A stretch of 64,000 nucleotides of DNA from Octopus sinensis (GCF_006345805.1 NC_043000.1:82460001-82524000); one strand, 5' to 3'. Shown: positions 1 to 13,869, counted from the stretch's first letter. Notes: a model not told the origin generated them from the letters alone. Program-made: numbers and translations.

Positions 1-150
1 ACTCGCGGACGTAAGAACGTGGTTTCGATTCCCAGACCGGGCATTGAGTGTTTATTGAGCTAAAACACCTAAGCTCCACGAGGCTCCGCCTGGGAAGGGT
101 GGTGATCCCCGCTGTACTCTTTCACCACGACTTTCTCTCACTCTTTCTTC
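1..150 (+). mobile_element. tRNA-derived SINE, 5' part cut by window edge (family C-like)
   Basis: B-box-like GGTTTCGATTCC at 21-32 followed by GAGCTAAAACAC, resembling the GAGCAAAACAC segment of the 30701 copy. Confidence 0.5.
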
Positions 151-429
151 ATACTTCTGCCACAAAGCAGAGGAACCATGGTGTAACCCACTATGGTGTG
201 GTAAACTTTCAGACCCCAGTCTAGATTGCGAATCTTCTGTACCCCAGGATGGTTCAGCTCTCCACCCGTTAAAAGCCACCGTTTACAGAATGAAGATAAC
301 AACGTAGATTTTGCGCCCGTGCAACCGTCAGTCTATCGCGTGTGGTGAGTGGATCTTCAAATTGCCACACGCATTCTTAGTAGCTTAGAGTAGATCATTC
401 TTTGTGGCTAGTGGCGTGAGTCCTGACTG

Positions 430-588
430 GAAGAAGAAGAGAAGAAGAAAAGAAGAAGAAGAAGAAGAAAAAGAAGAAGAAGAAGAAGAAGAAGAAGAAG
501 AGAAGAAGAAGAAGAAGAAAAGAAGAAGAAAAGAAGAAGAAGAAGAAGAAGAAGAAGAAGAAGAAGAAAAGAAGAAGAAGAAGAAGAT
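430..588. repeat. (GAA)n microsatellite with interruptions
   Basis: Directly visible. Confidence 0.95.
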
Positions 589-597
589 AGCAACAAT

Positions 598-728
598 GAT
601 AATCCTTTTTTCTATAGGCATAAGTTCTGAAATTTTGAGGGAAGTGGATACTCGATTGCATCGACCCCCCAGTACTCAACTGGTACTTATTTTATCATCA
701 CCATAAGGATGAAAGGCAAAGATGACCT
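598..728 (-). mobile_element. SINE family B fragment
   Basis: CATCGACCCCCAGTACTCAACTGGTACTTATTTTATC...GGATGAAAGGCAAAG matches copies at 24835-26712 and 61395-62530. Confidence 0.8.
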
Positions 729-744
729 GATGATGATGATGATG

Positions 745-1045
745 GCGACGAAGACGGACTCTTCCGTCGAAGACCACATGAGTGTTAAGCTTTTTGCCGA
801 ACGATCTGCACAAATGATTGTTTATAGTAATCAAATGTTCGTGCCGCACATTAGCTCGCTCTCTCTATCAAATCGACGTTGCCTCAATAGGTGCACGGTG
901 TACCACGTGTTAGTTGTCATTGTGATCGTAGAACAACGTGAGATGAAATGATTTGTTCAAGAACACAGCGCACCACACGGTTTAGGAATTCAAACCATGT
1001 TCTCGCGATCATGAGGGCAGCAACCTAACTACAAGGCCACGCCGG
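745..1045 (-). mobile_element. tRNA-derived SINE family C
   Basis: Minus strand has a tRNA-like head (GGCGTGGCCTTGTAGTTAGG...GGTTTGAATTCC) then TGTGTTCTTGAACAAA..CATTTCATCTCACGTTG, homologous to 30701-30932. Confidence 0.7.
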
Positions 1046-1077
1046 AATAATAATAATAATAATAATAAATAATAATA

Positions 1078-1427
1078 GTGGCTGTGTGGTAAAAAGCTTG
1101 CTTCCCAACCACATTATTGGTTCAGTTCCACTGCGTGACACCTTGGGCAAGTGTCTTCAACTATAACCTTGGATCGACCAAAGGTTTGTGAGTGGATTTG
1201 ATTGACTGAAGCTGAAAGAAACCTATCGTACTTATGTATATATTTATGTGTGCCTTTGTGTTTGTGTTTGTCCCATCACCATCGCTTGACGACCGATGCT
1301 GGTGTATACTTACGTTCCCCTAGAGTAATCTCTAGGCTTACAAAGAATAAGTCTTGGGGTCGATTTCTTCAACTAAAAAACCCTTTGAGGTGGTGCTCCA
1401 GCTAAAAGAATAAAAGAATAAAAGAAT
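1078..1427 (+). mobile_element. tRNA-derived CORE-like SINE family A
   Basis: Head GTGGCTGTGTGGTAA...GGTTCAGTTCC, CORE-like CCTTGGGCAAGTGTCTT, internal TG tract, (AAAAGAAT)n tail; many homologs in the window. Confidence 0.85.
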
Positions 1428-1463
1428 GTGTGTGTGTGTGTGTGTGTTTGCATGTATGAATGT

Positions 1464-1552
<89 letters not shown>

Positions 1553-1768
1553 TATATACATACATGTATATGTGTGTTTGTGTCTGTGTTTGTCCCGCCA
1601 CCATCGCTTGACAACTAATGTCGGTGAATTTACGTCCCTATAACTTAGCGAGACCGATAGAATAAGTACTAGGCTCAAAAAGAATAAGTCCTCGAGTCAA
1701 TTTGTTCGACTAAAACCCCTTGAGGTGCTGCTCCAGCATTGCCGTTGTCAAATGACTGAATCAAGTAA

Positions 1769-1770
<2 letters not shown>
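1428..1770 (+). mobile_element. SINE family A 3' half with expanded (TG)/(TA) tract
   Basis: CATCGCTTGACAAC...GATAGAATAAGTACTAGG...GTGCTCCAGCAT...AAATGACTGAATCAAGTAAAA. Confidence 0.8.
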
Positions 1771-1824
<54 letters not shown>

Positions 1825-1828
1825 TAAT

Positions 1829-2010
1829 AGGACATGGAACAAATAGGGTCTGCAATAAGGGTGGAGCACTTGCAGAAAACAGCATTGCTTGGAACCGCCC
1901 GAATACTCCGGAAGATGCTCGAGAAATAAGAGGTGTTACCTTAGTTCACTGGTAGTGAATAGCTGACACCGTAGTACATCTCCAGTGTTAGAAGGTGTGC
2001 ATAGGCAATC
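1829..2010 (+). mobile_element. 3' end of R4/Dong-type non-LTR retrotransposon between (TAA)n tracts
   Basis: Reads IGSAIRVEHLQKTALLGTARILRKMLEK*, like the C-termini of the 4111 and 5912 copies; (TAA)n on both sides. Confidence 0.75.
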
Positions 2011-2064
<54 letters not shown>

Positions 2065-2956
2065 TCGTTATTATTTGTTGCGCGCAGGGAAATGAAAAAA
2101 AAGTAAGACATTGTCACAAATCTTTCCTTTGATAAATACACTTTCACATTTTCTTTACATTATCGAATGTCACGGTTGGAGCAATTTAGTAACGGTCACT
2201 TTAATGTCGATAACTCCGTAAAAAGCCTGCGGAACTTGCCAAACAAACGGATGAAGAAACATGTCTGCTATGGTAGGTAGTAAGGCATGGAATGACATTG
2301 TTGTCAGATGTGATGGAACATATAGAAAAGGGCAGCAACAACAACAACAACAACTTCTTCAACAACAGCAGCAGCAACGAAAACAATGACGACGCCAGTA
2401 GCAGTAGCAACAGTGGTACCAACAACAACAACAGCAATAACAAATGTTCAAAACATCGAAATAACAAAACAAAAATATTAAAATGAAAGCAACAGCAACA
2501 GTAACAAAAACAACAACAGTTCAGAAATGACGAATAATGGCATCTGATGTCGGAATTATAACAGCAGCAACAGCATCATGGCGATCATCAATATCACCAT
2601 CATCATCATCATTATCATCATTATCGTCGTCGTCATCATCATCATTGTCGTCATCATCGTCATCATCGTCATCATCATCCATCATCTTCCTAGTCAACAA
2701 CAACAAAAATAAAAGTGACATACGAGTGCATGGAAAAGATCTTTCTCCCAAGCTGAAGTGAGGTGGACGGAAATACACTTAAGACTAATGTATGGTAATG
2801 TTAAAGAACCGAATCGATATTTTTGCTGTATAGGTTATTTGTTGTTGATGTTTAACCCTAGGCCAACCCTGATCCAGCTGACTCTATGTTGACTAACTGG
2901 TTTGTTTTCCAGGCTCATTATACCCAGCACTTTAGGTATGTCCTGCAGTTATTATT

Positions 2957-3435
<479 letters not shown>

Positions 3436-3984
3436 GAGTGAGAGAGCAGTTCATGCCATCAAAGTGACACTGGGGTAAAATATACGAAGCCCAATATACC
3501 CATCATGACTACCCGTCTGATAAAGGTACACCAGGCACATGCATCACAACCATATGTGCGCGACATGGTGATCTCATATCAAGATAAACAGCACATGACC
3601 TTGCAGGTTGGGCCCAGTTAGAATTTTCTTCAAGTCGAGTAGCCCATCCCGCTCAAACGGTCCCTGAATAAGGGTTGCTTAAGGATGTTGAAAGAACCAC
3701 CCATGTTTCCAGAGGTGAACTATTCAAACCCCAAAGAATCCCTCTCAACACATGGCTATGATGCTCCCCCACTACTTCTGCTCGTGATCAGAGATGCACA
3801 TATCGTCAGCCACTAAGGGACATGCTCAACTGGTTAAGGTCAAACAACTGACAAGCAAATCTGTGGTATTGAGCAGAATATTTGCTGTAGCCCATCTTTT
3901 ATACCAAGACAAAACAATGTACATGATAACACTTCCAATCAGTTAAGATCAGAAGCCATGAGAGCCACTGCCTGGTACTGCATC
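3436..3984 (-). mobile_element. ~550-bp non-coding TAA-associated interspersed element, copy 1
   Basis: Collinear, high-identity copy at 13877-14430 and partial copies at 20949-22015; (TTA)n on both flanks; no long ORF. Confidence 0.85.
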
Positions 3985-5103
<1,119 letters not shown>

Positions 5104-5878
5104 AAAGACTGAAAAAGAAAAATACATGGGTGGTGATCGTTCTTACAGTGACAATGCTCTTCTTAATATGTATGATGTACAAATTAAAACAATCTTTTGC
5201 ACTACATGTAGGGATGGTAAATCAGGGATCAGTCTCACATAATTTTCTGTTCCTTTTTTGATCATTCTTAATGTTCTTATAATCACAAGAATTGTAACTG
5301 CCTTGAGATGGCATATTTTTTCAATTTGAATGAACAAATCTTCATATTTTCCGAACTTGCCAAATTCTTTTGCCGAGATATTATAATCACAAAGAATATT
5401 CATGTAGATCAATAAGCAAACTTTATTCTTTTCGTCTTTCATAGCAGTATCTGATTTATTAGCTTTGATGGTTCTGACTGTATGTACTGGAAAATCCCGA
5501 AGAACCGTTACATTTTCTCCTTCAGTTACAGCCTCAGGATGCTGATTATACAAATTTGTCGGCAGTTTTGATTTTATAATGCCGACATATTAACCAGTGT
5601 AGATATTGGCCAACTCTTTCATGTCGTAATTTATACTCCACTGGTGCTAAAACTTTACATCCAGAGATTAGGTGGTCCACCGTTTCAATCACATCTTTAC
5701 AAAATCGGTATTTTGGATTGACTCCATTTATTATCACATTGGCTAGGTAGTTCCAGGTCAATAAACTTTGATCTTGAGCAGCTAAGATGAAGCCTTCCCT
5801 CTCTGTCTTTAGCCCTGAGCTCCGTAACCACTGATGGTTGTGATTCTGGTCTACATCAGCTTGTTACCTTCGGGGCAT
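5104..5878 (-). mobile_element. 5'-truncated R4/Dong-type LINE, copy 2 (different subfamily)
   Basis: QWLRSSGLKTEREGFILAAQDQSL; ORF 5546-5761 CKDVIETVDHLISGCKVLAPVEYKLRH; ORF 5143-5553 REL-type domain DFPVHTVRTIKANK..D, KYEDL, VQKIVL. Confidence 0.85.
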
Positions 5879-5911
5879 TATTATTCTTATTGTTGTTGTT
5901 GTTGTTGTTGT

Positions 5912-7010
5912 TGTTGTTATCATTATTTTCATATACACACAACAGATTAGACTGTTGGAAAAGAAAAACTCCTAACATTGGGCTACAACAAATAACCTTA
6001 GATGCCAAGAACCCTCCTAAGTATCCTAACTGGTTTCTGGAGGTGTACTAAATAGGCATAAAAATGGGTTTATGCCTATTTCCTCTATCCATCTGTTCAA
6101 ATATTTAGGGATAGTTCCCAATGCACCTATTACTTGGATACATTTTACCCGCACTTTCCGTAGTCTCTGTAATTCAATGGCTAGGTCCTGGTCCTTTGCT
6201 ATTTTTTCTATACCTCTTATATTGACTTTTTCATTTGGGACTGTAAAGTCAATTATCTGGAAGTTTCTAGTCTCTTTATCTACTAATACTACTACCAAAT
6301 CAGGCCTTCTAGCTTCTATTACTCTGTCAGTCTGAATGTTAAAGTCCCACATCTTGTATTTCTTACTTTCTAGTACTTTACTAGGCTCATATTCATATCA
6401 TTTATCAGTATGTTGAAATCCTAGTTTTCTACATAACTCCCAGTGGATTACTCTACCAAGGTTGTCATGTCTGTTCTTGTATTCTTTCTGTGGCCAACAT
6501 GCTACATTCACTTACTATATGAGTAACGATTTCCTCTTTCGATTTGCATAACCTACATTGGGAATTTACTTAGTTTTTGTCTATCTTGGCATTTATCCAG
6601 TTAGGCCTTAATGCTTGATCTTGAGCTGCAACTAACAGACTATCTGTCTTCCTTTTCAGCTTTCCTTTCTGCAACAATAACAATGTCTCACTATTACTAC
6701 TTACTGCAACTATGGTAGATTTTGGGAATCTACCATACAACGCCTTTCCCTGCCAGTCAGATATTTTCTGTTCTTTTTTCTGGTTTTTAACTTTATTTGG
6801 ATTTTTGGTTTCCCTGTGTCTTGATGTTTCTAGCAGATTTTAATAAAATTTTCTTCACTATTCCCTACATAGGAGTCTATATCTTCTCTAGCTAACTCCA
6901 CGCAGTCTTCTACTGATATTGACCCTCTTCCGCTTTCCTTTCTACGTAAGTATAATCTTGCCACTCCTGCCCTTTAGTGGAATCCCCCATTTATATTGAA
7001 TTCCTTCCTA
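5912..7010 (-). mobile_element. 5'-truncated R4/Dong-type LINE, copy 3
   Basis: ORF 6026-6352 WDFNIQTDRVIEARRPDLVVV..K..IIDF.VP (PD..D motif); upstream ARLYLRRKESGRGSISVEDCV; (CAA)n/(TAA) tail near 5880-5912. Confidence 0.85.
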
Positions 7011-7029
7011 GTTCCTCTGTCTAAAGGCC

Positions 7030-7480
7030 TTCCCTGAAAGGTCTCGCTTCATTTTCGCTGTTACAACCAGAGTTTTTCTTCGGACACTCCTGTCTCTCAT
7101 AAAGTGAAGTAAAGTAATGTTCGTCACCAATGTTATTACCATTATTACTTTTCGATATCTGATAGATTCAAGCAACTTCCGCATCATTTGTTGCCCCTTT
7201 GTGCTGGTAGGATTGTGTGTGCTGCATTTTTTTGTGGACGAGGGCATATTGTATTTCATCAGTATGTTTTGTTATGGGGTTTGGTTTGAGTCTTCTGTTG
7301 TATTAGTTTTTGTATTGTGTATTGTTTGTGCAACGCAGGTGGTCTTCTTCTGCCGGGTATCGGCCTTCTATGGCACATGTATGGGCTTTGTTCATTTGGT
7401 TGGATATGGGTTTATTCCTGTATGTTTTTGGAGGAGTGTTGCATAGTAACGTGTGTAAATCATAAATCAGCTATTTCATA
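7030..7480 (-). mobile_element. Possible decayed C-terminal fragment of another LINE
   Basis: Weak motifs AIEGRY and NNIGDEHYF..ECP resemble the LPIETGRY/IGDEFHY..EC C-terminal region of APE-type LINEs; many stops. Confidence 0.3.
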
Positions 7481-8225
7481 GTATTTATGGTTAACTGTCC
7501 ACCGTTCTTTTCTCATTTGGTTGGTTTTGTTATGGGTCCCGGGTCCGTTTATACAGCGTTTACTTTTTTAACTGAATACCGTCCACGTGTGTTGATGTTT
7601 CTTCCGTAGTTATAATTGTTATTGATGTACCAGCGAGAGACCGAGAATAAACAACAATGTGCATATATAGAGAGGTCTTATATAAATATTGATGTATAAG
7701 TAATTAAAATTTTAAATTTTAAAATTTACTTACAGGTTTGCAGTTTTCGTATAGAAATATTGCATTGTTTACATTTTTACGCACATGTTGCTAGGGCGGT
7801 GCATCTGGGGGAAGCTATTTCTTGAATATATATACTCCGTACAAGAAAAATCTTTCAGTTTCCTGAGATGGTTAACATTAAGACATAGTTTTCTTTCATT
7901 ATTCCATTGTTTTTGCGGATTCTTAATTCCTGCTTTGTGATGGTTTCAAATTTGATCTATCTTCCAGGCAGCTCGATGTCATATATCCTTGCAGTTTGGT
8001 ATTCGCTGCGGAATTCTGTTGTGGGTCCATTTTTATAACGTTTTCTTTTCAAACTGAACACCGCTCATGGACATGTGTTGATGTTTCTTTTGTAGTTATA
8101 ATTATTATTGAAGTATCAGTGAAAGACTGCGAAGAAACACCAATGTGCATATATATAGAGATCTTGGATCCTTTTCTTTTGAACGACAGTTTTCAACACA
8201 ATTTCTAGTTAACTAAACACTTTTA

Positions 8226-8821
8226 AACTTCGTATACTGGTAGAATGTGTCAAAATAAAACAATTTTTCTCTTGGCTTTCTTGAGAAAATTGTAATTTGT
8301 AAGTTTAACGTAGTCTAATTTTTCGAATTTTAACCAATCGATGGCCTCTATTGAGCTAAAATCATTTGCTGCGTCTAAAACTGAGACAACATCCTGTCAC
8401 TAACCTTAACCCTAACCCTAACACTAACCCTAACCCTAACCCTTTCGTTCTTTTCTTAATTGTTAAATTAATTTAATTGTTACGCGTGTGTCTAAAATTA
8501 TTCGTTTTGTTTTTGTTTTGAGTTTTTGCTTTCGTTTTAGCCTTTCGTTTTTGTTTTCTTAATTGTTAAATTAATTTAAGGATAACAATTAAGAAAAAAA
8601 AACGAAACGCTAAAATTTAGCGTTAGAGTTAGGGTTAGTGTTAGGGTTAGGGTTAGTGACAGGATGTTGTCTCAGTTTTAGACGCAGCAAATGATTTTAG
8701 CTCAATAGAGGCCATCGATTGGTTAAAATTCGAAAAATTAGACTACGTTAAACTTACAAATTACAATTTTCTCAAAAAAGCCAAGAGAAAAAAATGACAC
8801 ATTCTACCTGTATACGAAGTT
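8226..8821. mobile_element. Foldback/MITE-like palindrome with internal (CCCTAA)n and (TTAGGG)n repeats
   Basis: Arms ~8226-8445 and ~8620-8821 are near-perfect reverse complements. Confidence 0.85.
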
Positions 8822-8965
8822 GGTGAGCTGGAAGAATCATTAGCACGCCGGACAAAATACTTTAATCTCTCTTTTTACGTTCTGAGTTTATATGTCGCCG
8901 AGGCAGAGGTCGAGTTCGACTTTGTTTTTCAATCCTTTCGGGGTCGAGGAATCGACTAGCCCCTT
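8822..8965 (+). mobile_element. SINE family B remnant
   Basis: GGTGAGCTGG.AGAATC.TTAGCACGCCGG head; CGACTTTG..TTTCAATCCTTTCGGGGTCG. Confidence 0.7.
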
Positions 8966-9518
8966 TCAACAAAATTTCTGGCATTTTACCAATATTAGAA
9001 AAGCTTTTTCTTTTTTAGCTGGTAGTGTGTGATCTGAGGATGATTTAACTGATATTCTTTGCAGGTCAAGATACGATGCAGAGACTTTACCGTTGGTTTA
9101 TAGTTATTTCATCTTATTTTATCGAAATGAAAAACTTAATGTGTTACATACAATAGGAAAACAAAAGTAACAAAAATTCAGTCTGTGAAGTGGCAGACAA
9201 ATCATTGAGGTGTGCCTGCCACTTCAGTGACTTGTAATGACAATTTCTAAAATAATGATTTTTACCATTCGATGGTTTGTAATAGCGTTGCCAAAAAAAA
9301 AGAAAGAAAGAAAAAAGAGAGAGAATTCAAAAAAATAAAAGAAAAATTTCCGATGAAAATATCAAAATATATATTTTAAAAATTGTAAAAACTACTAACG
9401 AAACAATAGAAAGCAAAAAATTCAGAAATAAATGACAAAATGCTTTAAGTAGTAAAATAAGTGAGACTCAGAGAAATTAACGTAATAATAATAATAACAA
9501 CAACAACACAACAACAAC

Positions 9519-9552
<34 letters not shown>

Positions 9553-9699
9553 TAATAATAATAATGATAATAATAATAATAATAATAATAATAATTATAA
9601 TGATAATAATAATAATAATAATATTTATAATAATAATAATAATAATAGGTGAAATTTTGTTAATAAAACGACTAAACATATTTACTATTACAATAACCG

Positions 9700-10410
9700 T
9701 TGAGATTTAGTTGTTTTAATGAATTCTTAGATTGACGTTTATTCGTATGATTAAAAGCTTTATCATGCAATATAATGAGTTACTTATCTCTGTGGCTCGA
9801 GTAGTAAATATATGAGAACAAGGACTGGTATGAGTGAGTAGATGGCGCGCAAGTATGTATTTCAGAATATGACGCACCCGCAACTTATTTGACAATGAAA
9901 TGTAGTTGGACAAGGAAAGGTCGACTTTGTTGTGTAACTTTTGGTGCACAAATGCCAAACCATTTTCGATGTGTACTGTTTCCAACGGGAGTCATTAAAA
10001 TTTTCCATGTGTTCCTTGTAAGGGCACCTTTTGAAACAAGGCGTTTAATGGAATTATTTGAGACTCCTTTAAATAAATTTACATTATCAATTATATATGG
10101 AGACTGGAGAACAGTCAAAGGAAGTAAAAAAGAAAATATAATACATATATTTTGTACATGTGACAAAAGACTTGAATTTCTCTGTTCTTGAAAATTTTCT
10201 TGTTAAAATTTATCTGCAATAAATTTGTCATACTTCTACAGTTCTCAAAACATCTTAACAATTTTCTATACAATTCCTAACAATAATTAATTTAAAACTT
10301 TATGAATGTTTAAACATCGAATTGCTAGGAGGGTCTACCCGAGTAAAATAGGAGTAAAAGGGATCCACAAGTAAAAAATGGTTATATTCATGACAGGGTC
10401 CATCTTTCTC
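9700..10410 (-). mobile_element. Possible ancient hAT transposase remnant
   Basis: Weak match (W...LCTKS...FPCPTTFHC) to the hAT dimerization-domain pattern PFPTTYLCE; not securely supported. Confidence 0.2.
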
Positions 10411-12703
10411 ACTTAGGTCTTCCAATTACCATCACTGTCTCTCTCAGAAGCTACACATAATTGTCCAACCCGCAGTATCAGTCAATAAGTAGAATGAGCC
10501 ACGTTACTGTTGCCACTAGAGTTTCGCCCTGTTGATGAACTCCAACACTTTTAACTGCTTACAACCTTGATATACCACCTTACGGCTAATGGACCCACGC
10601 AAAAGGACAGGCTATTTAATTCCTCCAGCCTGTATATACTACAGTCCCCTCATGTTTAATCGTGCATCCTTCATAAAGATTTGATGTCACGTGTTCAAAC
10701 TCCACAAAAGGGTGACAGAATTATGTATCGACTCGCCTTGGTCGCTGACAGCCAATGTTCCAACATCCGTTGAATAAAGAAAATAACTGTTGTCGCTTTG
10801 AAATACCACGTGACCTGAACTGACCAATAGAGGACTAAACACCTAGAAGCTGTCTTGAATTTCTTTCAAATCTACCCTGTCTCTAAATATCTTGATGAGA
10901 TGGAAATGCGCTGAGCACCACATTCTTTTGTTCGCTCAGTCATATACCCACTTTGCAGAGGTTTATCATTTAAATATATACGAGCATGTCTACATATGTA
11001 ACTATATGCATGAGAAAATATTCATAAAACATACAAATCTGCACATGCATACATACATGTATACATACATATACACATATATACATACAAACAAAAATAC
11101 CCTGTTGTTGATGTTGAAATTCCAATGAAAGAACCTTGGATCTAGGTTGGAAACCAGTTTTTTTTCTCTATTAGCAAGAAATCTTGAAATAAACTGAATA
11201 ATGCATACATAGTAGTGGCTACTTTCTCGTATACCAGCAAAGCCATTAGATTTCCTTCACTACGGCTTTGTTAAGTACAGGAGCTCCGTCTACTCCTTAC
11301 ATAATACATACATACATATATACATACATACCTACATACATGCGTACATACATACATACATACATACATACATACATACATACATACATACATAAATACA
11401 TACATACATACATACATACATGAAGAAAGAATGACTGACAGAGAAAGAGTCAGATATGAAGCGACAATAACTGATGGGTCTCTCGTTATCCTCTGTACAA
11501 GGTCTACACAAGGTGCAATAAGATAGCATATGGGCCATCCTTGGAGACGCTACTCTCAAAATTCAAAGGGACCGTGCGTTTTTCTGCTTGGCAGAAGATA
11601 GATGTACGCCTCGCCAAATAGTGATAGTCCCTTCCTTTGCCTTTTGGGTACCTGAATGATGTTGCAGTTAAACCACACCTGATCCTGCCTCCACAAGGGC
11701 AACGAAGTGAACGGAGGTAAACGGTGACGCATAGAAAAGATTTAGAAAGAAAAACAATAGCAACGCATTTGTTGAATGTTTTCAAGCACTGTTAGCCGAC
11801 CAAAGTTCATGTCAGCTAATGTCACCTTTAAATAATACTGTCTTTAAATAATAATGTCTGCGATATTTTGAAAATTTATCAGTATTTTAATATCACCAAC
11901 TTAGATATTTAAGTTTACATTTTTTACATGTTTTTCAACGCCATTTATATGTGAAATAAAGTAATGATTTAAACACACTACACCGAAAAAATCCAGAAGT
12001 CACAGGTGTAATTAGTTATATATGTCGTTTCGTAGCTTAGTGAACTACCTGTTGAGAAGCAGTTTTTTTAAGAAATACCATTATTCTGAGAGATACTAAA
12101 TACCGATTGGAGTATCTCAAGATGCAGTGTGAATGACACAGCCAGATTCTTTTGAGAGATCAAAGTAACTAACAAGTGAAACAATCAGAAAATGATCGAT
12201 CTCTGGAACAATAATATTGTAGCTTTTGACTATTGTTTATATTATCAAAATGTTTCTTGCCAAATCCGTGTTTAAAGTTCTTAACTTGTCACTTATACGT
12301 TGCATCCTGTTTTCATGGAAACGGACTTCTGACAATTGACAAAAAGCAGGTGTTAGCGAAGAAAGATGTAAACTTTAAAATTGGAGCCCTTTTTATAAAC
12401 GTACGTAATCATACAATCATGCCAAATATCAGGTAATATTCTATTGATCAGAACTTTTTCAAGTAGAATATTTAAGACTCATTAAAAATGCAAGTGAACT
12501 GTCTGGTCCGAAAACATATTTTCATTTTTAAGTGTATGCTAGCATGAAATATAGCATAATCATCAATGAACACGGCATTCAGTCACACATTAGTATTTTG
12601 TGAACAAATTTCGTTAGAAATGTGTGTTACAGGTATTGAAAAGAGTTACCAATTGGTGGAATCAGATTAATTGCTTTGTTAATGTTTTTTCGGTAATTCG
12701 GTA

Positions 12704-13074
12704 GGCGCAAGAGTGGCTGTGTGGTAAAAAGCTTGCTTACCAACCACATGGTTCCGGGTTCAGTCCCACTGCGTGGCACCTAGGGCAAGTGTCTTCTACT
12801 ATATCCTCGGACCGACCAAAGCCTTGTGAGTGGATTTCGTAGACGGAAACTGAAAGAAACTCGTCGTATATATGTATATATATGTGTGTGTGTGTGTGTG
12901 TCCAACATCGCTTGACAACCGATGCTGGTGTGTTTGCGTCCCCGTAACTTGGCGGTTCGGCAAAAGAGACCGATAGAATAAGTACTAGGCTTACAAAGAA
13001 TAAGTCCTGGGGTCGATTTGCTCGACTAAAGGCGGTGCTCCAGCATGGCCGCAGTCAAAACTGAAACAAGTAAA
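12704..13074 (+). mobile_element. Near full-length SINE family A
   Basis: tRNA-like head, CORE-like block and 3' tail; close to 49867-50294. Confidence 0.9.
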
Positions 13075-13467
13075 GTGAGTAATCATTCTGGCTCTCTCTC
13101 TATTCTCTGTGTTCAAATGCTGCTGAAGTCAAATTTGCCTTTTATCCTTTTGGGGTTGATAAATAATGTACTTGCATGGGGAGGTGAAAGTCGATCATTT
13201 TCTTTCTCTTACTATTTCTGTCTGTCTTTCTAGAATAAATCGTCTGTAATCAGGTCTGAAGAAGAGTAGGCACTGGCAAGTCTAGAAATGCTCAAGACAC
13301 GTGGCGATACCATTAGGATACCATCGAGGAGTTAAGCGAACACAAGACAAGCGTCAATAGGGTTAAAAGTATTTATTATCCTTAACATTATCGCTTCACA
13401 TACGTTACAATATTTTATAAATCAGAGAGATGCATCACACTTGAGTTCATTATTTCTAAGAGCTTAA

Positions 13468-13680
13468 GACGGTGAGCTGGCAGAATCGTTAGCAAGCCGG
13501 GCAACAAGCTTAGCAGCATTTCGTCCGTCTTTTCGTTCTGAATTCAAATTCCCCCGTGGTCGACTTTGCTTTTACCTTCCGGGGGTCGATAACATAAGTA
13601 CAAGTTGAGCATTGGGATTGATGTGATCGACTATCCCCCTCCCCTAAAATTCCATGCTGTGTACATGTAGTTGAAAGAAT
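13468..13680 (+). mobile_element. SINE family B
   Basis: GGTGAGCTGGCAGAATCGTTAGC head, TTCAAATTCC B box, GTCGACTTTGC...GGGGTCGATAA. Confidence 0.8.
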
Positions 13681-13824
13681 TATTTATAAGTTATTTATAA
13701 AGGTCTTGCTTTTTAAAATACAAATTTATTTTTCTTAAGAGCTTTCTTAAGCGTGAATAAAGTTTATCAAAATATTATTATTATTATCATTATTATTATT
13801 ATTATTATTATTATATTATTATTA

Positions 13825-13869
<45 letters not shown>

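Noticed and set aside
8622-8657. Telomeric G-quadruplex
   Set aside because: Only three intact GGG tracts; the others are GAG/GTG variants.
11440-11790. Unique island with ORF 11504-11785
   Set aside because: No recognisable motif and no consistent acceptor/donor pair.
12704-12780. tRNA genes in SINE heads (also 30701, 49867, 63951)
   Set aside because: A/B boxes are present but there is no full cloverleaf, and they continue into SINE bodies.
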